Source: Lama guanicoe (Eukaryota). Taken from it: a DNA stretch of 64,000 nt. A model generated the notes under the pieces. That model was given only the letters and a program-made list of their open reading frames with translations. It searched no databases and had not been told where the DNA came from. Of the stretch, positions 12,016-24,462 are shown in pieces (positions within the stretch are counted from its first letter, which is position 1; each line of letters starts with the position of its first letter). The position numbers and the translations under genes are program-made. The DNA lies in NCBI GenBank assembly GCA_013239625.1, contig MU057340.1, forward strand, positions 7,458,931 to 7,522,930, in the 5' to 3' direction.

Positions 12016-12619
12016 TCAGAACAAAGTAAAAGTGATAGACAATCATTAAAAAAAAGAGAGAGCATGGGTAAATACATCATAGGATGTCCTTTTCGTGCAA
12101 TATCATGTTGCCAGTAAAAATGTTCACTGCAGGAAAGAGAAGGGTAAGAGATGAGGCTATATAAATATTAGCAAAAATCTGTCCTGTCCAAAAATCATTA
12201 AAACATTTAAAAGGCAAACTGGAAAAATATTCATTACCTGTGACAAGAGTTCTTGCAAATGAGGAAGAAAAATTTAATAGAAAAATGAGTGAAAGGCTTG
12301 ACTAGAGAATTACGTGAAGAATTGTCACTAAATGGATGAAAAGAAATTCTCAGCCTCGTGTTAAAAAGTAAAAATGAGGTACCTTTGCATGGAAGAAATA
12401 ATCAATGTTCTGAGAACATTAAACTAACACTTAACACTCCCTACTCGTTGAGTAAGGTTTTACAAGGAGGTTTTGGAGGGCAATTTGACAAAGTTGATTT
12501 TTCAGCAAATATCCGTTGAGGGCCTACTGTGTGCCAAACACTGAGAAGGATTCTCAGTGGGGGTGAGGGGAGTGACTCAGCACCTAAGGGGCATTTGCAA
12601 TTTTCACAGTGACCAACCA

Positions 12620-12860
12620 TTTAGCACCCAGCCATTGTGGATGTCAAGTGTTCCATCTTGACTGAGTCACAAGAATTGCTTTGGCCAGAGAAATGTTGGG
12701 AGATATGAGATTGTGCCAGTTCTGGATGGAGGTGTTCAGAACCCTCCTGTCCATTCCAACCATCATGAGAACAGCTCCCTCTGCCTGGGCCCTTGAATGA
12801 GAAACAGACGTGAACTAGTATGCAGAATGGATATATATTATTTGGGGTATCTTTATGCAG
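12620..12860 (+). mobile_element. Old MaLR (MLT1-type) LTR fragment
   Basis: ttgctttggccagagaaatgttgggaga...tgtgccagttctgg...gcctgggcccttgaatgaga resembles MLT1. Confidence 0.5.
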
Positions 12861-13748
12861 TGGTTTAATATCCAGTGGTGAAAATGAACTAAAGTTATGT
12901 GTTTGAATATGGATAATTAGGAAAAATGGAAAGTTGAGTCTTCAAGAAAAATCAAACTCATAATGATTTGCTAAGTTTTCAGACATTCAAAATAATATTA
13001 TTCAATGCTTAGGGATATGTAAATGTGTAGTGAAAGTGTGAGAGCATGCATGGGAATTATGCCTATGATTGTGATTCTTCTGGGGAGAGGGAAGGGGATG
13101 GAGCAGGAAGGAGGAAGAGGACCACAGAGCATCTGTTCTGTGTATAACACTTTATTTCTTGGGGGAAAGAAGATTTCAGGCAAATATGATATAACGTCAA
13201 TATTTGATAAAGGTGGTTATAAATACATGGGAATTATATTATTCTTACTTTCTGCATATTTTAATTATTTTATAACAAAATATATTGAAAATGAAATAAA
13301 GGAAAACAACTACTAAAGTGAATTAGCAGTGAGAACAAGAGGACAGAGGATGTAGACTTCTCTTGGGAGAAGCTTGCCTATGAACTGAAGGAAAGAAATA
13401 AAATGGTTAGGAGTCTGATTGATGGAGAGTTTGTTTCTTGGGCTTTGTTTTTTAAAGATGGAAGAGACTTGAGTATATTTGATGAAATTGCAGAGAAGAA
13501 CCCAGTTGAGAAAAAAAAAGTTGAATATACAGACTTGAACCTTAGAGCCTTAGCTCTTACAAATCTCCCTTAAAGATGCATGTTTTTCACCCCAGTCGAT
13601 TGTCAGCTCCTCAAGGAAAGACAGAGGCTATATGTGTTCTGTTTACCTGCATACCCAGAACCTGCCTGGAACAAGTACATCATGGATGGCTGGATGGATA
13701 GGTGGATGGATGAAGTATGGGAACTTTAGCATCGTGTGTGCATCAGAA

Positions 13749-13767
13749 TGGCCACTAGGTGGCAGAT
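13749..13767 (+). promoter_or_regulatory. Candidate CTCF site TGGCCACTAGGTGGCAGAT
   Basis: Near-consensus match to the CTCF core CCASYAGRKGGCRS. Confidence 0.7.
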
Positions 13768-15323
13768 GTGACAGTCAGTGATTATCCTTTCAGAGAAAAG
13801 GGTTCAGATGCCAGCTATAATGGACCACAGTTAGAACGCTTCCCTTAAGTAAGTTAATGCAATATATGTGAAAGAACCCAATATTTAAATGGAAACTTGA
13901 AACTATCTTATCATCTATTGATGTCTCATTTCAAATATCAGTAGGTCAACTTAGTCATTCTTGAAAAAGAGCTCTTGTGGAAGAAAATGCAGTTGCGTCG
14001 ACTTGTGGTTAGAAAAGGGACCGAGCACATGTTTCCACCTTCTCTCTGTCCTAAAATCCAAATAAAATGATAGCAAAGTATCACAAGATTCCACAAGGGC
14101 CAAGAGAATGGAAGAGAATGGAAGAGGGAACAAAGATGCTATTATAACCAGTTTGTAAATGAGTTATACTTGATAAGCTGCAAGCAGAACACCACCTGGC
14201 TTTCCTCGCATCATCTTCCTTAAAGTTGCTCTGTTAGATTTCCTTTCCCCGCTGCCTGGATGACAGGGTGTGCGGATTCTGAGCCTCTTACGGGCACTTT
14301 AGGAGGTTACAATAATCTCCGTTTCAGGTATTAGAAAGTCCACTCTAATCTAATCTTCAGTCTTTCATCCAATTCATAGCTTCCCCCATTCCTAGCTAGG
14401 GCCTGACCTGGAATTCTGCAAAATAGAAGTGCGGGTTCATGGGCTAGTCCTTCATCTCTCTCTTACCCCAGTTCTCCCTCATCCACTGACTGATGCTTCT
14501 GCCCCTCCCAGTGCCACGCCCAAGGGGAGCTGGCGTTAGAAGAGGAAGGTTGCATTTGACTGGGCGGTTGTGCTGTCACTGGGGCTCCTGCGTGACAGGT
14601 GCCCCAGGCTGACCCTTTCTGGTGGGGATGCTTTTGTAGGAATTTTCACCTACTGTCTCATAGGACTTTCGAACTTGCTCTGCTCTCCCCACACTTCTCT
14701 GGGGGAAACCCCATGTTGCTGATGACTCATGATGGTCCCTTAATTCCCCTCTGTCTTCCCCTGGGGCGAGCTCATTCTTCTGCTGCAGAGCTACGAGGTG
14801 GGGGTCCTTTCAAGCTCACTCTCACTTTGCTGCTCTTCCACGTACTTCCTGGAACTCGTGAATCTCCGTTCACTCCAACTATGACAGTTTAGACTGTTCC
14901 TACTCTAGTCTCCTCTTTGTTCTACACAGGTATCTCCAGGCAGCCTCGGGTGATTAGAAGGCACTAATCTCTCTGCCCCCCCCACCCATCTGACCCCCGT
15001 AGGTCCGGAGGACATGGGTCAGGTTTTCTCCCAAAGCATTGTCTCCCCAGCATGTTGCCTGGGTTGCAGCATAGGGTAGGTCTACAGGTGTCTGCAGTGT
15101 GGCAGGAGCTGGCTGGGGCCAAAGACGTTGGTCTCCAGCCATGGCAGATAGTCCCAGGATCTTGAGTGTGGGTTAAGAAGCCTCCCCTTGCTTGGCCTGA
15201 GGGGTGGAGAGAAGCATCCATTTTAAATGTTCCCACTCCCGCAGATAACTCTAAAAAAATCTTGACTTGTGCCTCCAGCCTTTCTTTCTTCTTCTTTTGT
15301 TTGTTTTTTTAATAAACATGATT

Positions 15324-15411
15324 TTTATTTTTCAGTGGAGGTACTGGGGATTGAACCCAGGATCTGGTGTGTGCTAAACACGTGCTCTACCACTGAGCTA
15401 TTTCCCTCCCC
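15324..15411 (-). mobile_element. Vic-1-type SINE (short form)
   Basis: Reverse complement reads ggggagggaaatagctcagtggtagagcacg...gggttcaatccccagtacctcca. Confidence 0.88.
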
Positions 15412-15749
15412 CACTTCCTTCCTTCCTCTTCCTATCCCTTCTTCCCTTTCTTCCTTCTTCCCCCATCTGTCTCCCTCCCTCCCTCTTTCTTACTTTCTCT
15501 TCATATGTGTACTAGAGGGGAGAGGTAGGCTAAGGGCACAGGACCTGTTTTACTGTCTCCTAGTGGGTCCTATATGAATGGTCTAGCATCCTTTTTTGGA
15601 ATGTGGGGGTACATTACATTCTAGGTTTTGAGCTTCAGCCAAAACTCCAAATTTATTTTTAAAAACCTCACTTACTAGCCTTGTATGCTATAATTACATA
15701 ATTATAATTCTAGATAACTACTAATTAGAATTAATAATAATTCGAATAG

Positions 15750-16220
15750 AAAAAGGAACTCTTGGAAATTTTTTGTAAAGATAGATAAACTTAAAAACTC
15801 AATAGAAGAGTTGGAAGAGAGAGCCAAGGAAATGTCCAGGAGGTCAGGCATCATAATAGAAGATGGTAGGGGAGGGGACTTTCAGATGAATAATAAAGAC
15901 GTTTCCAGATTGGAAGGACCCTCCAAATGCATGCATAATGAGTGGAAGAGTGGTCCACACCAAAACACAGTACAATGACATTTCAGAATACTAGCGATAA
16001 AGAGAGGATACCAAGATTTTACAGAGTGAAGGACCAGGTCACAGAGAAGTGAGAATTAAAATGGCATGGTTTTTCAAGGGTCGCACCAGAAGCTAGAACA
16101 CAATGGAGCAACGCACTCAGAATTCTAAAGAAAAATTATTTTTACCCTAGAATTCTGTACTCCAGTGAGATTTTAATCAACCAGAGGAATAGTATAAAAA
16201 TACACATAAACGTGCAAAAT
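15750..16220 (+). mobile_element. Ancient L1M/HAL1 ORF1 fragment
   Basis: atttcagaatactagcgataaagag...gaagctagaacacaatggagcaacgcactcagaattct...cctagaattctgta resembles degenerate L1 ORF1. Confidence 0.65.
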
Positions 16221-16710
16221 CTACTTGCTAGTTGCCTGTGACGTCCATTCTCCCTTGCTTCCTTTCTAGTAGAACCTGCTGAGTGTAAAAATATGCTGAG
16301 TTAAGTTCTCCGTTTCCCAGCCTTCCATCGGGATTAGCAGTAGACAGGTGACCCACTTCTGAGAAATAGAAAGTGAGTGGATGTTTTCTAGGAAAATTCC
16401 TTCAAAGGGGATAAGACACAGCATACACATTATTTGTCATTTTCCATTCTTCTTTTCCTGCCCGGAAAAGTGATAGGAACCTGAAATTGTACCAGCATTT
16501 TTTTCCCGTTTCTTTACAAAGTCTTATTGCCCTGAACACTTTCTAGTTCGGTTAACTAACTTTGAAGACAGTTACGTTCCCCTTTTGATCAAAGCTGCTG
16601 ACTTAATGTGCTTTATTGGTGCCTGTATCCCCAAAGCCCAGTGGAGTAGATTTCAATAACAGGCTTTTTTTTTTTAAATGAATAAATGAGTCAAAGAGTG
16701 AAGAAATATC

Positions 16711-16828
16711 ACAAAATAATCTGAAAAGAAAAAATATCAATGTATGTATATGCATAACTGAAGCCCTTTGCTGTACACCTGAAACTAACATTGTAAATCA
16801 ACTATACACTTCAATAAAATTTTTTTTA
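16711..16828 (+). mobile_element. 5'-truncated L1 3' end with TSD
   Basis: L1 tail (tgctgtacacctgaaactaaca...tcaactata); TSD aaagagtgaa(g/a)aaatatc at 16693-16710 and 16829-16846. Confidence 0.85.
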
Positions 16829-17186
16829 AAAGAGTGAAAAAATATCCTTCTCTATCACCCACCAAGACTTGCCCACTCTCCTTTTAGACTTGAGCATTTA
16901 ATTCACACTTTATTTTCCTCACCATCTTTGGCTCACTACTTCCATGATTTCAGTGCCTACAGGATCCTTCCAACCTCCGACCTCACTGTGTCTTGACTTC
17001 TAAGGGGATGAACTAAATGATTCCCTGGTCTGGTTCCTTCTTGCATCTTTATTTTCCTCTCTCATAATTTTTTATTGCCTCCCAGCAGAACAGTTACCAT
17101 ACCCTACAGTGCTCTTTCATCCGGTGACACTGCCGCCAGATTTATCATCCGAACAACACAGCCCTCTGATTTAAAAACTCAATATT

Positions 17187-17335
17187 GGGGGAAGGGTATA
17201 GCTTAAGTGGTAGAGTGCATGCTTAGCGTGCATGAGGTCCAATCCCCAGGACTTCTCTAAACATAAATAAGCCTAATTACCTCCCCCTCTGCCAAAATTA
17301 AATAATTAAATAATATAATAAATAAAACATTTTAA
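17187..17335 (+). mobile_element. Vic-1-type SINE with B-box deletion
   Basis: gggggaagggtatagcttaagtggtagagtgcatgcttagc...gaggtcc^aatcccc (tgggttc missing), cctaattacctccccc tail. Confidence 0.88.
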
Positions 17336-17359
17336 AAAATTCACTTATTAAAAATATTC

Positions 17360-17835
17360 TGTGGACTTTAAGTTTCTCCTTCATAATCTCGTCCCAGCGT
17401 GTCCTTCTCTCCTACCTCCACATAGCCACCCTAGATTTCTCGCCTCTTCTCAAACCCACCTGGAATCTTACCAGCTCTACTTGCAATTGTATATTCTTTT
17501 CCCTCTGCCTGGAATTGAACTTGCATTCCCTCAAGCCTGCAGCCCTTCATCTCAGCCAATTAAAAATGTACCCATTGTCCTAGATCTGTTCCAATGCTAC
17601 TTTTCTCTCATGAAGCATTCCCCAATGATTCAATCAGAATTAGTCCCTGGAGCCTCTATGGCTGCAAAACACTTTGCTATAATGTCGATGACAGCATTTA
17701 TTAGGACAGCTAATACTGTATGTGGCTACCTGTGCATGTCCACTCTTGGAGGATGCTCCAATTCTGTGATGCTCCCAGACTTAGCATACAGCACTGGGCA
17801 TGTAGTGCTTACCAAGAAAATGTTAGATGAACCGT
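17360..17835 (+). mobile_element. L2 3' region fragment
   Basis: ttccctctgcctggaat...tgaagcattcccc...agcactgggcatgtagtgcttaccaagaaaatgttagatgaa resembles L2. Confidence 0.6.
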
Positions 17836-19621
17836 GTTGAGATTCAGGGAGCTGCCTCTGATGGTGATTTGAGTGTAGTGGCTTGTGGAAATAGACAAGG
17901 GCAATGCATATCTACTCCCTTAGGAACACTGCCTCATAATTATTTTAAAAGTTTTCTGTTTTATCAAAGGGCCTTAGAAACTGCTTCTTTTTAAAGCTCC
18001 ACCAAGTATTATTTTCTTAATTAATTATTGCAGAAGGATAACTATTGCATAAATCAATTCTCAACTTAGTTTGATCATGACCGCTAATGAAATAGATTGG
18101 AGATCTGGAGCCCAAAGAGAATGTTTTCAGATGAATAATATATTTTATTTGTCAGCAGTCCTCAGGCTCAATTTATGGTGAAATTAACTGAAAGTGGATT
18201 GCATATAATTGTCAGCTCATTGTCAGTCTGCATTTCTAAAGCCCTGAGGAGATAGAATGACGAAAGGTAATTTCGTTTTTCTTCGTAATTGCTTCTGGAT
18301 AATACCAGAGCCTTTGAAGGAGAGCGTGAGGCTCTGCATTTTGAAAATTGCAAAGAAAATGCAAAGCTTGGGTTGAATACCAAAAGTTCTCAGTATATCA
18401 GCTGTAGCAGGATTAACATTTCTAGGGTTTTCTTTTTTCTTTTTTCTTTTTTTTTGGCAGTCTGTTCCACTAAAATTGTCTATACCAGATAATGTGATTT
18501 TGGGTTTGAGAGATGAAAAACACTATTTTGTGTGTCATCAGCGATAAAATGGGGATCTGAGTCCAGTTTGACTTACGGTAATTTCTAAGAAGTGTTAAAA
18601 AGTGATAAAGTTTCTTTCAAACGATACAAGGGGTTAGTGGACATTTTTTAGGTACTTAAAATTACTAGGGAAGAGAATAATCTACAGCCAACAGAGATGG
18701 GTGAGCTTCTAAAGAACAAACGCAGAAGATGGGCAGATAATGGTGGAGGAAGAAGGAGAACTTGGTGAAATGCACAAATAAAATAGTAACCTCGGCTTCC
18801 TGTCATTTATTTACATTTATTCTTAAAGTGAGTTAGGATAAAGGAGGCTATTCCCAGTTGTCATGTCTTACATCACTAACTAGTAAAAAGTACCCAAGAC
18901 CTGCACAGTCAGACCTCAGATCACTGCTTCCCATGGTCTGTTTCACTGAATAACATCTTGGCTTGCTAATCTTGTTCGCTCCACCAAAGGGCTGCATGGT
19001 TCAAGTGAGTTTGGAAGTGTTGCGTGTTGTTCCCCCGCCCTTAGGAAATTGTAATACACATTCACACCCGGAGAAGCCCCGCAGTAGAACAGCTGTGTAC
19101 TTGTGTATTTCACAAGTGTGATGCTGATTGATGCTTCACGGGGCACTGGTGTCCCCGGGGAAGCCTGGCTGAGCAATGGTGCTCTGAGGGGCCATGCTGG
19201 CCGGCGACGCAAGGTCTTGGTCTACACATTGAGGTGTAGTCCTTCCGTAGAGATTGTATCTGGGAGAGGAATATCTGCACAATCCTGTGTGTCTATCAGA
19301 GCCTGACTCAGTGGCACTGCTGTCTTGGGCAGAATGAGCAGGAGAAGTGGAGAGAAGTTATGGTCTAAATTAAATGAATGGACCCCCCCTCCCAGGCGTG
19401 CAATAGGACAATAAAGCATTGCTGCAGGGAGATCTTCAGTTGTCAACTCAGCCTGTAGAAAAAATACCTGAATTGAACATCCATTGTTTGCTAAGTAACC
19501 TACGATGTGTCTCTTCCTTAGAAGCTCCCCCTTAGGGCACAGAGCTGAGTGCAGCATCTCAACACGGTCTACATTGCCTCACACCACTCCCGCCTGTTGC
19601 TTCTGGTCTCCCAGCCTTTCT

Positions 19622-20342
19622 TTTTCTTTTTTCTTTTTATTTTTTCTTTAACATTTTTTATTGATTTATAATCATTTTACAATGTTGTGTCAAATTCCAG
19701 TGTTCAGCACAATTTTTCAGTCATTCATGGACATATACACACTCATTGTCACATTTTTTTCTCTGTGATTTATCATAACATTTTGTGTGTGTTTCCCTGT
19801 GCTATACAGTGTAATCTTGTTTATCTATTCTACAATTTTGAAATCCCAGTCTATCCCTTCCCACCCTCCACCCCCCTGGTAACCACAAGTCTGTATTCTC
19901 TGTCCATGAGTCTATTTCTGTCCTGTATTTATGCTTTGTTTTTGTTTGTTTGTTTGTTTTTGTTTTTGTTTTTTAGATTCCACATATGAGCGATCTCATA
20001 TGGTATTTTTCTTTCTCTTTCTGGCTTACTTCACTTAGAATGNNNNNNNNNNNNNNNNNNNNNNNNNNNNNNNNNNNNNNNNNNNNNNNNNNNNNNNNNN
20101 NNNNNNNNNNNNNNNNNNNNNNNNNNNNNNNNNNNNNNNNNNNNNNNNNNNNNNNNNNNNNNNNNNNNNNNNNNNNNNNNNNNNNNNNNNNNNNNNNNNN
20201 NNNNNNNNNNNNNNNNNNNNNNNNNNNNNNNTCCTGAAGTAGATTTCCTTTAAATGGGCAGAAGACCTAAACAAGCAATTCTCCAAGGAAGACATACAAA
20301 TGATCAAAAAGCACATGAAAAAATGCTCAATATCACTAATTA
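19622..20342 (-). mobile_element. 5'-inverted (twin-primed) L1 insertion
   Basis: Poly-T plus minus-strand L1 3' UTR at 19622-20042, gap, then a plus-strand ORF2 piece ([30 protein letters not shown]); 15-bp TSD tctcccagcctttct at 19607-19621 and 20343-20357. Confidence 0.85.
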
Positions 20343-20739
20343 TCTCCCAGCCTTTCTGACACTCTTTCTCACCTTCCAGAGGCCAAGTTCTTCTTCCCTC
20401 AGTGCCTCCTTCAGGCTTATCTCTGTGAACCCCTCTTTTCCACTTCCAATTTCCTTGGAGAAGCCATCCGGGACTCCCCCTCCAACCCTGCAGATCAGGT
20501 CAAGTCTTCTTGGAGAACACTATAGTTTTTCTTGGTAGCACTTACTGCAAATGATTATATGTGGGGACATCATATTGGGGTGTCACAGACACCCAGCAAA
20601 GTGCCCAATCTTGAAGAATTTTTACAGGCATATAAATCCAAGCAACCACCATTCAGATTAAGCAGAAGACATTTCAAACATCCCAAATGACCATGCTCTC
20701 CCTCTCCCATAAATGGTTCTCTTTTCTAACTTTTATCAC

Positions 20740-22203
20740 CACCATCCAAGGAACTCCTGGTGGGAGTATCCAACATCCTCCAAATTGGTAGGTCCCCGGA
20801 ATCTCTGACAGGGGAAGGATTCAGGGAGTTCAGGAAGACTCCAAGTGCTACAGGGTCACCGTCTGCAACTGACTTTCCTTTTGAACCAAAACTTGCTTTG
20901 AAGGGGGAAAGAAGGCAGTCTGAGAAACATGAATGACAAGGAATCCTACCACACACTTCCTCTATTATTTCTCTGTGTTAGCCAACCACTTATGCCATAA
21001 ACGATGACATAGAAAGGAAAAGAATTACAATTCCTTTTCCTTTCAGTCCTTCCTTACTCATCAGCAAGCCCAAGGTAGAGAGTGCTGGGAGAATGTGCAC
21101 ATATCAAGTGAAATAAAACAGTTGAGTTAGCAGCCATTATGGAAAACAGGATGGAGATTCCTCAAACAACCAAAAATAGACTTACCATATGATCCAGCAA
21201 TCCCACTCTTGGGCATATACCTGGAGGGAACTCTAATTTGAAAAGATACATGCACCCCAGTGTTCATAGCAGCACTATATACAATAGCCAAGACATGTAA
21301 GCCACCTAAATGTCCATGGACAGATGACTGAATAAAGAAGTTGTGGTATATTTATATAATGGAATACTTCCCAGCCATAAAAAAGAATAAAACAATGCCA
21401 CTTGCAGCAACATGGATGGACCTGGACATCATCATTCTAAATGCAGTAAGCCAGAAAGAGAAAGAAAAATACCATATGATATCACTCATATGTGGAGCCT
21501 AAAAAAAGAAAAGAGAGGACACTGATGAACTCATCCACAAAACAGAAAGACTCGCGCACACAGTAAACAATCTTATGGTTACCGAGGGAAAGGGGGTGGG
21601 AAGGGATAAATTTGGGAGTTTGAGATTTGCAAATATTAACTGTTATACATAAAAATAGATAAAAAAACAGATTTCTTCTGTATAGTACAGGGAACTATAT
21701 TCAGTATCTTATAATAACCCTTAATGAAAAAGAATGTGAAAACAAATATATGTGTATGTATGCATGACTGGGACATGATGCTGTACACCAGAAATTGACA
21801 CGTTGTAACTGACTATACTTCAAAAACAAAAACAAACAAACAAAAAAAAAACAGTTGAGTTAGTTTTGTGCAGCCTTCCCACCGTTCTGGTAAGAGCAAG
21901 ATACATACTACAGATATAAGCTACCAAATAATGAATTGTGTAATTTTGGTCACTTTGCACATGAGTTAAACGCTCTTAAATTTAAAACTGATATTGCACA
22001 ATATAAAAATGAATGGCAAAGTTCATACTAATAACTAAAAATGAAATTTTTCTTTGCTTAGAATGACATTAAATAGCAAATAAAAAATCATATGTTGAGA
22101 GAGAGCCAGGAAAGAAAGGAAAAGGCTTCATATTTTAATACTTTTAATGGCACTTAGATATTCTCATTTTGCACTGGACCCTGCAAATTATGTAGCTGAC
22201 CCT
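20740..22203 (+). mobile_element. MER45R/MER45B-like hAT-Tip100 DNA transposon remnant, interrupted by an L1
   Basis: gacattaaatagcaaataaaaaa...gaaagaaaggaaaaggctt...cattttgcactggaccctgcaaattatgtagctgaccct matches the MER45-family 3' end; left boundary is approximate. Confidence 0.7.
21131..21847 (+). mobile_element. L1 3' end (ORF2 C-terminus + 3' UTR) with 16-bp TSD
   Basis: gatccagcaatcccactcttgggcatatac...atgcaccccagtgttcatagcagcact...tgtaactgactatacttc plus A-rich tail; TSD aaaacagttgagttag at 21115-21130 and 21848-21863. Confidence 0.93.
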
Positions 22204-22610
22204 TAGCCAGAAAATTACTTTACCTCTTGGTGCCTCAGTTTCCTTATTTGTAAAATGGGCACCATAATATTGGGTTGTGCAAGAATGAAGAATGGTGGGT
22301 ACATAGCAGTCAACGAATGTGAGCTGTCATTATAAAGATGAGTTGGTACAGAGTAGATGTGTAGGTGACTTGGTGATCAACCTTAAATTCCCCTCAAGAG
22401 TGACTTTATGTAAACCAAATAGTTAATTAGCTAACTCCCTCTCTTATTTTACCTATGTTGACTTAGTTTGATGATTTCCCTGTAATTTGTTAAGGGGGTC
22501 ACTTAATTTACCACTTAGATGATGCTATTGAAATTCGTCAGCAGAATATTTTAGTCAGTGGCAGGACGAGTAAAGTCTAGAAAAATCTTTCAGGAAGAGA
22601 ACAGTGTGGC

Positions 22611-22694
22611 TCAAACTTCTTCAGTTCCATATAAAAGCTATTCAAACTTCTTCAATTCCATATAAAAGCTATTCAAACTTCTTCAATTCCATAT
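22611..22694. repeat. 31-bp minisatellite, ~2.7 copies (tcaaacttcttca(g/a)ttccatataaaagctat)
   Basis: Direct inspection. Confidence 0.93.
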
Positions 22695-24349
22695 CAGGAT
22701 GAAGCTATTGTTTCTATGAAAAACCAGAAAGGGGCATTTTCCACTTCCCAACAACAGATGGCGATGTCGCTAAGCGAATGGAGGATGTTCCTTGTTCGAG
22801 AAATTCCGTGATCGAGTGTGAGGAAGCAACGCTATAAACAACATATGGAAAGCAATGCATATTTTAATTGGGTGTTAATAACTGCGTATTGAATCCTTGT
22901 CTTCTTCCTAATTCACAACAGTGTTATGACAGCTAATTAATAAGTAATTGTAAAGAAAAGGATTAATTATTTACAATAATATTTAGAACAGCTTGCATGC
23001 TTGTAATCATAAAACAGTTTTCAAAATAGATGAAGGCAAAGCAAGTTGTTGTTCTGCTGTTGGAGGCACACGGTAGAGTCTCTTTTGGAATGACTTGTAT
23101 TATCATTCCGCACCGTCTGGGTTTATTAAACAGGTACCATTATGCATTTGTTCCATCAAGTTTCATTCCAGCCATGGAATATAAAATCGTGTGTGTATTT
23201 TTTAAAAAAGGATTCCCTTGTCATCCTTATTTGAAATTATGTACATAGGGGTAAATGTGAAAGCTTCCTTGTAGGGGAGAACTCTTTGGAAAGATACCAA
23301 CCATAGAACAAACCGAAAATAAAATCCTGGGCCAAAGAATAAAGCTTCCCCCTAGAGTCTCTGTTTCTAGTGTCTGATTCTCATATATAAAAACAAAACC
23401 AAAAAAGCAAGTGTATAAGCCCAAACTTCTCCTCCTCTTCTCGTTCCATATTTCCAACCTCTTTGAACTGCCTCATGTCTTCAGGATATAATGAAATCCC
23501 TTGCTCTGGAAGGAAGCCACAAAAGATAGATTTCAAGACCTTTCCCCTTCCTCTCTGCTAGTGGCAGATCTAACGCAGTTTACTTATTAGATGCATCACC
23601 ATGGATACTGGTACTCTCCCGCCAAGTCTACCCGAGTGAGGGGAATTGGAGGATTGAGGCAATTATCCTCATCATTTAAATAAACAAAGTCCCCCTCATT
23701 TTTGTTTTGGTTACCTGAGTTTTTCAGGTGAATGTCTAATTGTAGCTTTGAATGATCAGAGGGGGCTCTTGCTTCCACTCTCGTATTAAATTTGCCAGCA
23801 GAGCTCTGGGCTCCTTTGCCGTGAAGCACCTGAAGGAAGTGTCCCCAAGGCAGATGTACTCCTGTGCTCTCTGTTTTATCATCTCAAGCACTTCTACCCA
23901 GCATTTGGGTAAACAATGGGGGATAATTCAAGTCTAGGAGGAAATGTTTCTGAGAGGTAGATAACATTGAGATCTGGAAAAGGTGGATTGGAGAGACTGG
24001 ACATTTTCAATCAGACAAAGACATTCATCAAACCATGTCTTTCTTGACAATGTGATGCCCAATATGTCCTGAATGGACCGCGTGTTTCTCTACTGGCCCT
24101 AGTCTAAGCCACAACCGGCTCTGACATTTTGGGATTTTATGGCTGGTCTTGGCTGCCTCCCTGAATCCCCTTTCCCTTCTCAGGCCATGTCTCAACTTTG
24201 CCCATGTGAATTCCCCCACGTTATTGCCCCTAACTTAATGCTGATGAGCATTTCAGGGAGACAGAGGGGCTTTGTAAGTGAAAGGCGTGACTGTTATTTC
24301 CAAGTAATGAAGCATCATATTAGTGTTATTTAATATCTATGTTCACTGT

Positions 24350-24462
24350 CTTTCTTTTTTTAATTGAAGTATAGTCAGTTACAGTGTATCAATTTCTGGT
24401 GTACAGCACAATGTCCCAGTGATGCACATATGTACATATATTTGTTTTCATATTCTTTCTTC
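24350..24462 (-). mobile_element. Short L1 3' end with TSD atgttcactgt
   Basis: ttgaagtatagtcagttaca...gtcccagt; TSD at 24339-24349 and 24463-24473. Confidence 0.85.

Noticed and set aside
22611-22694. 31-bp repeats as a CRISPR-like array
   Set aside because: Head-to-tail copies without spacers in a mammalian genome; a simple minisatellite.
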